DNA of 56,549 nucleotides, counting the filler, from Sluysia triapertura (lineage: Eukaryota): assembly GCA_046118255.1 (NCBI GenBank). It is 4 parts of 4 records of this genome, joined end to end, with 100 filler letters (N's around TTAATTAATTAA, not from the genome) between each part and the next. Parts side by side here need not be neighbours in the genome. Positions count along the whole stretch, not along the records: positions 24,644 to 45,472 come from JBJNIA010006661.1; 3 more parts are not named here. One strand, given 5' to 3'. The position numbers were made by a program, and so were the translations under genes. Position 1 is the stretch's first letter. The number at the start of each line of letters is the position of its first letter. Below the pieces are notes generated by a model. That model had not been told where the DNA came from, did not search any database, and was given only the letters and a program-made list of their open reading frames with translations. This document shows, in pieces, positions 26,607 to 40,134 of the stretch.

Positions 26607-29604
26607 GTTTGATTTTTTGATGGACATTAGTCTTGTATCACAATTTATATTCTTCTTGTTAGTTAGTATAAGTTTGTTTCGGTTAGTATTCACTAGAGGT
26701 TTACGTTTAATTCGTAATATTTTCTGGAAGCTAATTCTACCTTAGTGGTGTTTGTAAAGTTATTTTATGGATTTTAAATGTGGTATAGTAAATATAATAC
26801 TGCAGTGAATTCTAAATCAACTCATTACAATCATAAACACATTACGTAGTTTTTATTAATTATATTTATTAATTTTTTAAAACAATTACCTACTTACAAA
26901 TGAAAGTAGAATATTTTTGTAATTTTTTGTAATTAACAGTAATATAGAAATAAGTGACCCTATTTCGATTTTTTCCATCCAAAATTAAAAATTAAATTTT
27001 TATGAAAAATTATCCAAATAAATTATAAATTCTTTATTGAAACTTGACTATAAGTTCATAAATTTATGGTTGGTGAACGTGAATAACTCGAAGTACCCGG
27101 ATACAATTCAAGTCCATTGTTGTCAGCTAATGTTTATGTTAATATTTAAAAGCAAAGCTGCTTTTTCTTAATTTTTGTAAAACATAGACTCATTTTTCTC
27201 ACACAACTCATTAACTTATCAATAAAAGCAAGAATACACAAAACAGAATCATAATATTTATTGTTTAAAATATATTAATGAGGACTTAATAACATATTAC
27301 TAACAATGTAATTTATGATAATATAAAGTAACAATTTTATTTATTTATTTATTTATTGATTACTAATAGTAGATAAAATTCAATAAAAATGGTTTGTAAT
27401 TTCCATTATTAATTTGCTTTTTATAACATTATGTAATTTTGTTACGTAATTGTAATGGTTACATAAAGATTGATTTTAAATTATTTTATCGATTTTTCAT
27501 TTTCATAAATACATTATTTTGTAATGGATGTCGTCTCATTTTAGATTAATAGGGTATGGTAAGGAATGGAGAGAATGATGATAATATTAATGATGGGAAT
27601 AATATGATAATATTAATAATGATAATACTAATGACAATAATGATAATGATANNNNNNNNNNNNNNNNNNNNNNNNNNNNNNNNNNNNNNNNNNNNNNNNN
27701 NNNNNNNNNNNNNNNNNNNNNNNNNNNNNNNNNNNNNNNNNNNNNNNNNNNNNNNNNNNNNNNNNNNNNNNNNNNNNNNNNNNNNNNNNNNNNACAAATA
27801 AGTAATAAGTTTTATTATATTAATAACTTGTTTAGACTGTTACTAATATACATTTTGATTTCATAATGACACGAAATTTATAATTTAGACGAAAATTAAT
27901 TAATTATCATTAAATATTAACCTATAATTTATTAATATTTGATTCTCACTAATTAATGAATGAGTATAAAAAGTGCAATTTACAAACAAAAGGACAATCT
28001 TAATTGTAAACCTATAATCACCTAGAGGACGATTTCAAACATAAATCCGTTACTAAAAGTACGAGGAATGCAATATCAACTTGGCGAAGTAATTTTATGT
28101 TGATCCAAGGACGATTCTAACGACAAATTTATCCGCACAATAAAAATTATATCTCAGCACAATCCATATAAAGCAAAGTAATATAATTATTAATTTTCGA
28201 CATAAATTATGAAAGTAAATTAATCTTTTAATATGAGTTTATTAACCATTCGTGACGATATTTTTATTAATTAAATAAAATTAACTGTTTGTTCAATTTA
28301 TTTTTCATTTGTAACTTTAAGAAATAAGAAAAAAGGGATTGAGAGAGAAGTTTGCTAGAATTAATAAGTAAACTTCAAATAAATAAATAAGAGTTAAACG
28401 TGTATAAAAATAAAACTAAAACGTGTATAAAATAAAAAAATAGAATTTAAATAGTAGAGTCAAGAAAATTTGTTAAAGCAATTCCATCTCGAGCAGATGA
28501 GCGAGTACGAGACTCACGTTTTCATTTGCAAATATTTGATAAACACATAAACTAACATTAAGCAGAGCCTGATATCGAGAAAATAAGTAAGAAATAATAG
28601 TAATAGTGTAATTCTTATTGGAAATCTTTACAATGGCCAGCTGATAGAAAATAACAAGAATATATTTTAAGAAAATGTACGCACCTTAACTCAAATTAAA
28701 GAACTCAACAAAAGAATTTGATTTTAAAAAGTAACATTTCATTGAGCAGAACAAATACCGCTTCAGTAAGGACAACTTAAAGTTAAGCATTACAAATAAT
28801 ATCTATAAAATTTTACCGTAATAATAGCAATAGTAATCTAATAGTAATATTATGTAATAGTCACAATTCTCATAATAATAATAATAAGCACAATTTAATA
28901 ATTATTTTATAGTTTTAATATTGTTATTAATTATTTATCATTTTAATTATGTAATAGTAATAATATATTATTTTTTAATTTTATTTTATTTAAAAATATA
29001 ATTATAATATTGAAACTGCAACAGGAATAATAGTAATATTTTTCAATGACAATTAATGTTTATAATTATAATAATAATTAATATAATAACAATAATAATA
29101 ATAATAATATATGATAATAATATCTATAATTATAGTAATATATTTTTAATACCACAACAATAATAATAATTAGCAATAACATAATTAATAAAATAAAAAC
29201 TGAAATTAAAATAAAATTTTAGGAAAATAAACTATAATTGGACTACGAGTAAAAAAGTTAAATATAAAATTTAGCATTCACGAAATAATTAAAAAAATAT
29301 TTAAAAAGAAATACTCGAAAATTGATTAGTACAATTCAAAATTTATGGTTAAATCAAGGAATATGGAAACGCAGATTTATGAATGAAGCAGTAAACATAA
29401 AAAAGTGGAAAATATCAAATATTAGAACCTTTATTATTGTCACTAATTAATTATTCGTTCATTCACAGTCCAATAACACTAATCGCCGTAATATCACATA
29501 AATTTGTTTACACATAATACATAATAAAACATCTACATGATATTAATGCTTTTGTATCTTGTTTCTTAATATTCCACTTATAGCAAATGGTAAAAGAAAC
29601 TAAC

Positions 29605-29889
29605 CAATCTGGTGGTATTTCCGTGGCATCATAATTAAATGCAGTTTCCTCTTTAAATATAACCCAACGATTTCGTCCGAAGAAATACTCATCATTTTCA
29701 TAATATTTATTTCCATATTTATCTTCTCCTACAAATTTTCCCCATTTCAATTCATCAGTTCTGTAAAATAAAAAAACAAAAATGAATAAAAAATTAATTT
29801 AACCTCCACAAAATATATAAAGATCTCAATAAACCACCGTTTAATTTAATACTAGCTTTAATTCTTCGAATGTTTTGTAAAAAATTCAT
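29605..29889 (-). CDS. NDUFA12: NADH:ubiquinone oxidoreductase subunit A12 (B17.2), first two exons
   Basis: Exons 29889-29804 (MNFLQN..NGGLLRSLYILWR) and 29760-29605 (TDELKWGKFVGEDKYGNKYYENDEYFFGRNRWVIF..YDATEIPPDW), separated by a 43-bp GT-AG intron. Confidence 0.93.
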
Positions 29890-31210
29890 AATTAAACTTT
29901 TCTTCACATAAAAACGATTTATAGAAATAATACATAGTCAAAACCTATATAATATTAAAATAATAATACTAAATAATACAAATAATTTTAAATAATACTA
30001 AATATTAATACAAAAATAAATCTATACTTTTGAAATATTTTTATTGCTTTGGTGCAATTTTATTTTATATTGAAATAATAAAACAAATGAAACCATAAAA
30101 ATATAATTCTTGACTCATAAATTAGTTATCAAGTAAGCTCATATTTAAATATATAAAATGTAAACTAATTATAATTAAACCAACAAAAAAGTCATAATTT
30201 TTCATATAATTAATTTGTATAATTAGGTTTTTTCAAAATTTTTAATATAGTTGTTATGCAAATGGAAGTGAATTAATTAATTTGTCAATTCTTTAGCACA
30301 ATTTCTTCATTAGTATGTTCATCAAAAAATAGATATCGATAAAATAATAACAGTTATGAGAATGGGTGTTTTCGATCTCAATAAATCAGTTTTTAACTAA
30401 TAGATGTAAAATTTAGAATAATCTTATTTAAATTCGAAAATAGTATCAAAAAATAATTTTGAAAATATCTAAAAATTACAGCTCTTCATTAGACGCTGTC
30501 AATGATAATTAAAAATTTTAATTGAATCATAATTAAGAAATATGTTTTATTGGATAACGTGAAGTTAATGAGGTATATGTGAAAGGGAGGATCAATATTG
30601 TCCATCGTATATTTTACAATGTATTTATTTAATTTTGATACTGTTTAATTTTTATGACTATTTATTCATTATTTTATTTGTTATTTTAATTTACAATTTA
30701 ATTTTTTAACTATTTAATTTAGTAATTTCACTTTATGTTCACATTTTTTCAAGTATAATCGAATCCTATGGTTATACATAGACCGATGTTATGCAATTAT
30801 ATACTTAATTTTAAAATCAATAACTTAAAATATTGTACTCAAAAAAGAGACACCCTAAAATAGCAAAGATAAAATGTTTCATATTATTCATATTTTCTCC
30901 CTTCGTTCAAATAAATTCTTTTATTAAAATTCAATACATTTTTATAATCATTAGTTCATATAATAAAACATCAAGTTTATTTAAGATAAATGTTACTCAA
31001 TCTTTCAAATAAATATATATGTTCCGTAAAAATTGAAAATTTCATTATTTCTATTATTATTTGATGTGTAAAAATAAGTAATATTTTAATTTTTCATATA
31101 TAAATATTAAATAATAAAATTATGACAGAAAAATATTTATTTAGGATATTTGCTCTCATTTTTATTTGATTATTGATTATCTAAATGAATAATATCGAAA
31201 TTAATACATA

Positions 31211-31575
31211 TTATTAGACTAAAGACCATTTTTCAATACTTTTCAAGGATACTATGAAACTATTAATCTAAAATGCACAAATTCTTGCCATTTACTTCCG
31301 ACAGTTGTCACAGAAAATGTAAAATGTTGGAAATTGTGCTGAAAGTAAAATAATAGATAAAATTAGATACATAAATTTACAACAAACTGTTGTGACAGTA
31401 CTTTGTATCTCTTCATTCCTTATCCTTAAAGACATGCCACGGATGAGCTTGGGGCACAAGCCTTTGATCTCGTCATCGTGATACCATACTTATATTAGGG
31501 TTTCAATAAGTTCCGTCTTGGTAATTGGTTTATGTGATCAATGTATGGAGAGTTCCAAAGCCAAGGAATATTAAT
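31211..31575 (-). mobile_element. Tc1-like transposon 3' fragment (same family as 17690 and 24797)
   Basis: Reverse complement matches 17710-18118; encodes PWLWNSP...TKTELIETLI*VWYHDDEIKGLCPKLIRGMS. Confidence 0.85.
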
Positions 31576-32979
31576 AAAAAGGAATACATTTATTGTAAAA
31601 TAATAAATGGCGAATAAAAATGAATGATCGAATTAATTTTAAAAGGCCTCGTCAATATTTGGCGTAAAATTTGTGAATAATCAAAATTAAATGAATGTAA
31701 AAATAGTGAGCCACGAAATAAATTTTCATTACTCAAAAACATGTTGATGAAAGCATGTATGCTGCTCATGATAAAGTATTTTAAATTAAACGAAAATTAA
31801 TAAATATAAAATATAAATGTTAAATATTAGATTAAGTAATGACAAAAAAACACTAATAATATGTAACATATACGTATAAATATTGAATATGTAAAAAATA
31901 TTTGAAATCAATAACAGTAAATAAACCTTATAAGTAATAATTTTGTATTTAGGAATACAATGATAAATAAAATTCATATTTATATGTAAATAATTTCTCA
32001 GTAAGTAAATATGATTTCAAGACTGAGAAAATACTGTATAAGTGTCTTTTCTAGTAATAATACCACACATAAAAATTTGATACAGTTGAGTTATGGTGTT
32101 GTGTATTTTGGTAAATGATAATTATGGTGAACTCGAGACTAAAACACTCTAATCGTAAACACGATTGTAAAGAGACACGGATTTTGTAAATAAAATCTTA
32201 AACAAACTCCTATGGACTTCCTATTTCGTATTGAAATAAATGATACTACTCATATTAAAGAGATTAATGTTTTAAAAGAAATTATGATATTGCTAAATAT
32301 TTTATTGCTATAGTTAGGCGTGAAAAAAATTTATCTCTTTTGTAAATCTAAAAAAAATTATTCAATCACATTGCCTAAAAATAAAAATTGTTCAGATATC
32401 ACAATGTCTGAAAATAATTTGTATTGTGTGTATAAATAAGTTATGTTAATCTATGTCAAAATAATTTACTAAAATAATTTATAATTTGTGTATCTAAAAA
32501 TAATTTGTAGCATAATATTGATTTTTCCAAAATTTGATGGTATTATTATTAGTATTATTTATTATTTTGTTAATTATTATTATTAGTGTTATTTATTATT
32601 ATTAAAATCATTATTAATATTATATTAATTTCTTAAATTAAATCAATTCTTTAAATAAATATCGTGAATGTTATCATTCATTTACTAAGAAAGGCAAAGT
32701 AAACAAAAAACACAATATGATAATCACAAGATTTTGTACCACGGTCTTCACGGAACTTCTGGAACTTTATCCATTTTATTCAGCGATTAATTTGAACGTT
32801 TATTTGGAGTGCATTCGAATTTTGGACGATATATAATTTTTTTTGGAATCTATCTATAATATATTTGTTACAACACTCAGTGTGTTTTTCATAAGTTTTC
32901 CTCAATTTTAATAGATTATAAAATGATTAGTCTAATTTTTTTAACAACCCCCTTTTTAAGAGAGAGGTAATTAATTAAT

Positions 32980-34236
32980 AGAGGAAGAAATCTTTATGAG
33001 TTATATGCACGACAGATATTTGGAATTTCAGAAGGACAAACAGAGAAGGGAACGAGAAAAATAAAGTAGATTAACAATTCAACCAATCCAGGTTAAAATT
33101 CGGGAATTATTAGATCAACCTTTAGGAGAAAGCATTGAACAAATAAAGGAGATAAAGGAAGTGATATCAAATGAATATAAAAGAAAAAAAATTCAAGAAT
33201 TAATTGACAAATGGGAAGGAAAGACGAAGAAATCGGAATCAAATAAGTTAGCAGATTCTGAATCAAAAGAAACAGAAGAGGAATCTAATACAGAATCAAT
33301 TCCAACAGAAGAAGAATTGAATATAGAATCAAGTTCAACTGAAGAATTAAACCAAGAAAAATAATCAAATAACGAACTTAATGATTACCAAGAAGTTGAA
33401 ACAGACATAGAAAATATTATTAATAATAAAGAAACTGATGATGAAGAAATACAAGCAGAAGAAATGGAAAGAGGAAGAAGATGCCTATTACAGTGTCACA
33501 GAAGAGATGGAAATAGAGGAAATGGAATCAATAATAATAGCTGCTAATGAAAAAATAGATACCCCAGAAACTGATCAAAATATCGAAGAATTTTTATCCA
33601 ATATGCCTCATGGTAAGGACTTAAATAAAAATTTAAATGACTTATTAGATTCACAAATAAGTTTACAAAATGGACATGATATTAAATTAGAAATAGCTAT
33701 TATAAGTAAAGAAGATAGTTTATAAAAAACTAAAGCAAGAAAATTACTAAGAAAAATAGGACAAAAAGAAAGAAAAGATAACCCCAGAGAATTAATGAAA
33801 ATAAGTATAATTATTAATAATGCCCTGAATATTACTATGGAACTCCCAGTTTCTTCAATTGCAAAAGATATTATAGAATTACTTAAGTCAAATGACTCTG
33901 ATATTACTGATGTTGATTTATATTTTTATGATAGAAAACTATTACTTAATAATTATATAAATGATTACGGTTATCCATCAATGAATGGAAACCACGAGGA
34001 AGTATCAATGACTTCCGCAGTTATTAATAATAAATGATGATAATAATGTTGATTTAGACAGAACCCCACGTTCATTTCTAAGAGAATTAATGGAGGATAA
34101 TCATAATGAAAATAATGAATATAAGGATAATTATAATTATAATAAAATAATAGATGTTACTAATGATAATGAAGATGACACAGAAGAAAAACCTGATTAC
34201 ATAATAGATTTAAATAAAAATCCGCATATTTATTAA
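32980..34236 (+). pseudogene. disrupted intronless ORF: acidic region plus ubiquitin-like domain, related to the gypsy gag-env spacer
   Basis: Consecutive E-rich ORF pieces separated by single stops or frameshifts. 33795-33970 MKISII..NITMELPVSSIAKDIIELLK..DVDLYFYDRKLLLNNYINDYG has a ubiquitin-like pattern. The tail PDYIIDLNKNPHI matches HDYIVNLNRNPHI at ~36630. Confidence 0.55.
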
Positions 34237-34320
34237 CTTTGCCCTATAAGATTTTGTTCATTTTAAAAGCTGATTTTTAACTTTTAAATTAAAGAGTCGA
34301 CACTAGATTTATAGTTTTAC

Positions 34321-34480
34321 AGTAACATAGGAAAGTATAATTGAATTAATATACCTTACTATACCTCAACATAAGTTCTTCTAAAATACTGCTTACAACT
34401 TAAGTGCGTAAGTCTAAGATTGTAAGGAACTCACAGTAAAGAATAAGTATAAATTTCAAAGCTTCCTATTTTTCATTACA
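34321..34480 (+). repeat. LTR-like sequence
   Basis: agtaaca...ttaca ends; core gtaagtctaagattgtaaggaactcac resembles 35225-35260 (gtatagccatagattgtaaacggactcat) and 32150-32180. Confidence 0.35.
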
Positions 34481-35318
34481 CATTTTTACAATATAACTAA
34501 TTAATTTAATGAATCTTAATAGTGTATTTTTAATCATTCCATATCTATTATTTATTTATTTAAAATACTATGTTTAAAAAATACTACGCCACATTGCATT
34601 TCGATATTAATATGAAGTAATAATTCACCACAATTAGATGTAATACTTGGAATGCAAGAATTTGTCACAAACTGAGGACACACGTGGAGATCACAAAATT
34701 ATACATAATTTGAAGATAAAATTTAAAGTATGAAGCTCTAAATAGTGGGATCGTTCATTTCAATATTAGAAGAAATTAAAGTTAAAAAACAAAGAAGAAT
34801 AAGAAACAATAAGAAACATAATCTACAATTTATTGCTATGTCCATGTCTGTCGTAAGTTTTTTTATTGTAAGGCCTGTTTCAATTAATTGAAACTCAAAA
34901 TCCACATCGAATAATTTATTTCAAAAGATTGTGTTAATACAATCTGAAATATATAAAAATAGTATTAAAGTAAAACCTCTAATATTTCAAATAATAGTTA
35001 TTGGTGATAATTATAAAGATTTACATTGAATATAAATATATTACATTTGTATTCATTAATAATTACTACTTTTGTTATAACTACATTTTTATTAGATATT
35101 TATTACGTTTACTTATTCTGTTAGATGTTAAATTATTTTTTAGTAATAGAATTTCATCTTGTTCATAACGTTATTATATTTATATTTTATATTATATTAT
35201 ATTATATTTTCTCTTATACCCTGAGCGAGTATAGCCATAGATTGTAAACGGACTCATAAAGTCAAATTTATTTTGTGAGGCTAAGTTAAAAGTACATAAA
35301 ATACACAGCAAAATAATT

Positions 35319-35334
35319 TGGCACCGAATTGGAC
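35319..35334 (+). promoter_or_regulatory. putative primer-binding site (degenerate tRNA-Lys-like)
   Basis: tggcaccgaattggac resembles TGGCGCCCGAACAGGGAC and lies between the LTR-like sequence and gag. Confidence 0.45.
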
Positions 35335-35849
35335 CAACGACATTAACCCATTAAGGACCAGATTTTTTTTCAAAATTTAAAAATCATGACATACATTTAG
35401 TTATCTTGGTATATCACCTTACATACAGACTCAAATATTATAAAAACATTTTTTGTGTACGCAACACATACCAATGCAATAATTGTGCTAGGAAATTTCA
35501 TTATTAAAAATATATTGCAATAAATAAAAAAATATGAACCGTAAAGTCGTCATTTGCTAATGCTTTAAGTATCATATAGTGTTTAAGAATTATAAGTTAT
35601 TTAAGTAAGTATTATTAAGTCTTTTAAATAGACAATTTTCCGATTATATAAGCTATGAAAGTTTCAGGATTAAGTAAGTCATTAAGTTTATTTTGTAGTT
35701 GTATACGCATTAAGCACGGATAATAAATAATATTAACATTAAAAAGAAAAAAAGTTAAAATGACGCTGCCAATAAATGATTTTAGAGAATATATGACTTA
35801 ATTCAACTATAATATTAAGTCTACTGTTATCCTTCCAGAAATAAGAAAA

Positions 35850-36430
35850 GCGTTGCTGAAGCCAATGGCTGGATGGAAATTGAAAAAATTAAATGAAATC
35901 ATTAATTACATAATAGGAGTAGCCATAAAAAAACAAAATAATTCATAATGAGCATAAGCAAGACTGGAACACTTTCAGTAATATATTTACAGAATAAATA
36001 GCTTTAGATGATGTAGATAAGTATTCTGCAAAAGTGTTGAACATAAGAAAACAAAAATATAATGAAACAGTATACGAATTCGCCTGCGCACTTATAAGTT
36101 TACTGGCCTGAGAAAAAATTCCTAATGACAAAAGAGAGTTTTTGTAGATAAATTTAAAGATGGTTAACTAATTTATGTGAACTTAATTGATAATCAACCT
36201 TTTAAGGAAATAGTTAAAAAGCTAAAAAGTAACGAGAGATATCAAGCTGAGGAAAAAGATAATATAAGTTATATAAAGAATAATACTTATAAGGATGAAA
36301 ATTTAGGTTATGAGTCCAAAAATGCATCTCCGAGAAATTTTTGAGACAATAATAATAGAAATATAAGTAATTTTCGAGGAAATGCAAAAGAAATGCAAAT
36401 ACTTTTTGTCCAAGAGGAAATATAATAATG
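35850..36430 (+). pseudogene. gypsy gag (capsid) remnant
   Basis: VAEANGWMEIEK..YIIGVA..KQDWNTFSNIFTE*IALDDVDKYSAKVLNIRKQKYNETVYEFACAL..VDKFKDG..IDNQPFKEIVKKL; homologous to 44410-44770. Confidence 0.8.
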
Positions 36431-37229
36431 TTACGCGAAATAACTCAAGAGGATATGGGAGAACTGAGCTATCAGCCAGTTTAACAATTTTATTTTATCA
36501 TATTCTAAATCGTGGCACTTCAGGCATTTTATTCCAACAGTAGATGAAGTCCCATATTCCTTTTGAAACAGTTCATGAATGAAAATGACATTGAAAACGA
36601 TATTACTGAAAATGATGTGTACCAATTGAACATGATTATATAGTGAATCTTAACAGAAACCCACACATTGAAACCAGCGACAAAGAGACAAATACAATAA
36701 AAAGAGGAGCAAGAAAAATCTAAAATAATACATTTAAACCGCCAAACTCTATTCACTGAAATTCTATTCATTTGACTAAAATAACCTGTGAAAAAGAAAA
36801 TGAAAAAATTGCTCCAGCTACTCAAAGTATAATGTAGGCATTATTGTATGCATTAGGACAAGAAAATACTAATTAAACTAAAGGATTATAGGGTACCTGT
36901 AACAAAAATAATGAAACAAATGGAAGAAAATATAAAAGAAAAAAGCGATTAACTAGACACTGATCAATACAAATTGATAAAAAATAAACAAATTAACGCA
37001 GGATTAAATAATGAAAGATTTAAAATTATCTTAGCCTATATAATGTTTCAATGCGATAAGTTATAATTCTTGTTAGTAAGAAACGAAATTGTGGATTGAT
37101 AATCAAGGATGCCGAAGAAATGTAATAAAAGAAAAACAGAATCAAAACTCGAATAATCCATATAATTTGCTGTCAGATTTATTTAGTTGTTATAACGATA
37201 TGATAAATACGATGATTCCAAGATTAAAT

Positions 37230-37420
37230 ACGAAGATTCATAATAATACTTTTAGCCATGCTCGGCATAAATAAATCGAACGGAATAAAAGCATTTGACG
37301 GTAGCCAGCCGAAACTTCTCTTCACACGAAACAGAAGATTGACCCGAATGCAGACCAAATGGAAGTCGAATAAAACATTCAAAAATTTTAAATGTTTATC
37401 AAGAGGGAAATTAGGTAACT
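37230..37420 (+). pseudogene. N-terminus of viral-type envelope glycoprotein (signal peptide and start of ectodomain)
   Basis: RRFIIILLAMLGINKSNG|IKAFD(G)SQPKL..FSSHETED*PECRPN..LNVYQEG corresponds to the signal-xxG/AY/FDC...SLxxxxxC...Q start of chuvirus-type glycoproteins. Confidence 0.6.
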
Positions 37421-37948
37421 TTTGTTATCACATAAAATTACAAATTTGCATAGAATTCATCTACTAACATTTCCTACATTTCATATCCTCATCTCACATC
37501 ATATGAAACTCCAGTAAAATCATTAAAACATAAACTACTATAATTGACTGTAACAATATTACAATTTGTTCCATTGATATCGCCTTTTCTATTCCGCAAG
37601 AACACCTACATAACTTTATCACTTTTTTAACCTATGTATGTAATTTTATAATTGTTGGATGTTGCACTTTATCATTTTTTGTTCTTTCTATTGATGTATA
37701 TTAATGAAGTACATAACAATTAAAAGACAAAGAAAAGAGCAGTTTTAAAAGAAAAAGACGTCTTGTTTAAATATTATGTTTTGATTAAAATTTTAAAAAA
37801 AGGTGTTTAATATATTAGCGAAAAAATAATTTCAAAAGAAGACTTTGAATACTTTGAGCGAATTTAATATGAAAGATAATGCGCATCGACGATATCGTAA
37901 TATGGAATAAAGAGATCACTTTAAAAAAACATCTATATGCAAACGACG

Positions 37949-38240
37949 CACATTTACTGTGAATGCAAAGAGGAATCAAATTATTACTATGTGGTCGTAT
38001 ATGATCATAATTTATGCAAAGACCATGGCGATCAAACTAAAGAAAACAAATGTATTGTAGATACATGCAAAAAATTTGATTCCAGCTGTGACATTTAGAA
38101 TCAGAAATCCAAGGAGGACTGAAAACGTGGACTCGATGATGAATTTAAACATGTAAATACAAATGTGGTTTTTCTGTGATGATTATCGTTATAGGAATAC
38201 TTCACTTATTGTATAGATTACTTAGATCATGATGTGTTCC
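37949..38240 (+). pseudogene. B-box zinc-finger (TRIM-like) gene remnant
   Basis: HIYCECKEESNYY...HNLCKDHG, then WFFCDD...TYCIDYLDHDV: two B-box-like Cys/His patterns, with stops and frameshifts. Confidence 0.4.
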
Positions 38241-38693
38241 GAATTTCATTCAAAAAAATTTCAAATATAAAGTTTAGAAGTGGTGAAACTTAGTCATAAA
38301 TGCTTTAATTGCTGGAAATGATTTAACGGAATTCAAAAACTCGATTACGTATTACTTGGTTGTGGCTTCGACAAATGAATGCAACGTATTAAACAGCCAC
38401 TTGAGGTTTGGCTCAACGCACTATGATTATTTTTAAGAACGATTAGCTATCATGGAAGAAAAAATTCAAAATAATGTCAGAAGACATTTGGGACATTCAT
38501 TCAAGAAGTTTATATTCAATTGCTTTATGCTCGAGTCTACATTATACGTGTAATCCTTACAAATATAGACTGAAAATTCACAATTTTTCAGAATCGGGAG
38601 TTTTAATTCACTGATCGAGTTTCGTCCAAGAAATTGCAATTTTCAAAACGCATGTTTTGAAAAACATATATTTTTAATGTTGTATTTTTAATG

Positions 38694-39943
38694 CAGTCAA
38701 CCCTCATTAATCCGAAAAATTAGAAATCGATTTCCTTTCGGATTGTGAATTAATTCGAATAATGAAGGAATTTAAAATCTATATGATAGCTAGTTTAATG
38801 ATGAAATTATTAAGAAAATGACAATTATTTATTTAAAAAAATCATCTAACGCTTTTTGCAGAGGTTTCTTTTGAATGAATTTTCTAAAATCATCTTTGAC
38901 TTCTTTTAAATATTTTACTGCATCATTGCTTATTTTTTGAGTAGAGCTGTCTGAAGAAGAACTTGCTTCGATGACAATTTCAATTGTTTGGGCTTATCTT
39001 GTAATTGTCATCGACCTGACCATCTTCAGCACTAAGTACAACATCTTTAACAGTGTATTCTTCTTGACACAGTGCAGTGATTTCATCATCATCAAGCGCT
39101 TCTGTTTGAATCATATCCTCTTCAACCATTATTTGGTGAAGCTCATTTTTGTGTGTCTCAAAAACGGGATCTTCTTCAGTATAAGATCCGTGAATGCCTG
39201 GAATAATCGCAACCTTTTTGAAACAATTTTTGATGATTTCTTGTTTCACAACTTCTGGATCAATTACTGACAAATTTTTCAACCATTTTTTTCTATGGGC
39301 TGAAATATCAACATCATTGAATTTGCTTCTCCATGGAGAACTTTCAATTTCAGATTAAATCGAATCTATAGAATCATCCTTTGCTGAATTGCAGGTCATA
39401 CATATTTAGTGTTTATCCACATTCCTTTGCTTTTGTAATGATAATTTCATCAGTCACATAACCATTTATCCCATCCATTCGAGATATCCATTCCATCAAT
39501 GAATTCTGAAGCAGAGAATGAATTTTCGAAGACTGTCTGGAGTAAGTGTTTGAGCCTTCACAATTTTCATACTTCTCTATTTTTGAAAATTTCTCATGAC
39601 ATTGAAATTCCTAGGTCAAGGTTTAATTCCTTTCTGATAATTTGAAACAATTCACTCAACGACATTTTCTTCAACTCCTTTATTGCACAAATTTTTGCCT
39701 TTTGATGAATTGTAATTTCTGTTCTTTTTCTAGTCATGCGGATATATATTTTAAATAAACTGAAATTGTAAAATTTAAATAATATTAATCCGAAACTTAT
39801 TAGAAATTTAATTCAAAGAAAGCTTTCCGATTGCGGATCGTGAAGTTTCGGATTAATGAATCAAATTTGTCTGGAAAAAAATTAATTTTTTTGGACTATG
39901 AATTCTTAGGATTATTGAACTTCGGATTAATGAGGGTTGACTT
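38694..39943 (-). mobile_element. Tigger/pogo DNA transposon with deleted DDE core
   Basis: TIRs cagtcaaccctcattaatccgaa / ttcggattaatgagggttgactt followed by TA. Minus-strand MTRKRTEITIHQKAKIC (ATG 39737), LMEWISRM..VTDEIIITKAKE, LKVLHGEANS, VKQEIIKNCFKK and terminal QKALDDFFK*. Confidence 0.92.
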
Positions 39944-40134
39944 TATATGCAAAATCTCGTCCCTTCATTTATTTATTAAAGTGTTTTTAATTTTAATAAA
40001 TTTTCGTAGTCTGATTATAATAGCTTTTCATACTTTAATAAAGTTTTTCCAATCAAATAAGCGTAAGGACCTTAAGTGCTTTTTTAATTTCAATTTTCAT
40101 TTTAAACATTTGCTAAGATTAATAATATTCCGGC

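Noticed and set aside
27546-27801. ORFs on both strands
   Set aside because: N gap plus trinucleotide repeat.
34630-34860. Possible MULE transposase C-terminal fragment (CNTWNARICHKLRTHVEITKL)
   Set aside because: Too short and degenerate to call.
35343-35365. piggyBac-like terminus ttaacccattaaggacc between PBS and gag
   Set aside because: Only one end visible and boundaries cannot be supported, though an insertion here is plausible.
38971-39270. + strand 99-aa hydrophobic ORF
   Set aside because: Antisense to the Tigger transposase C-terminus.
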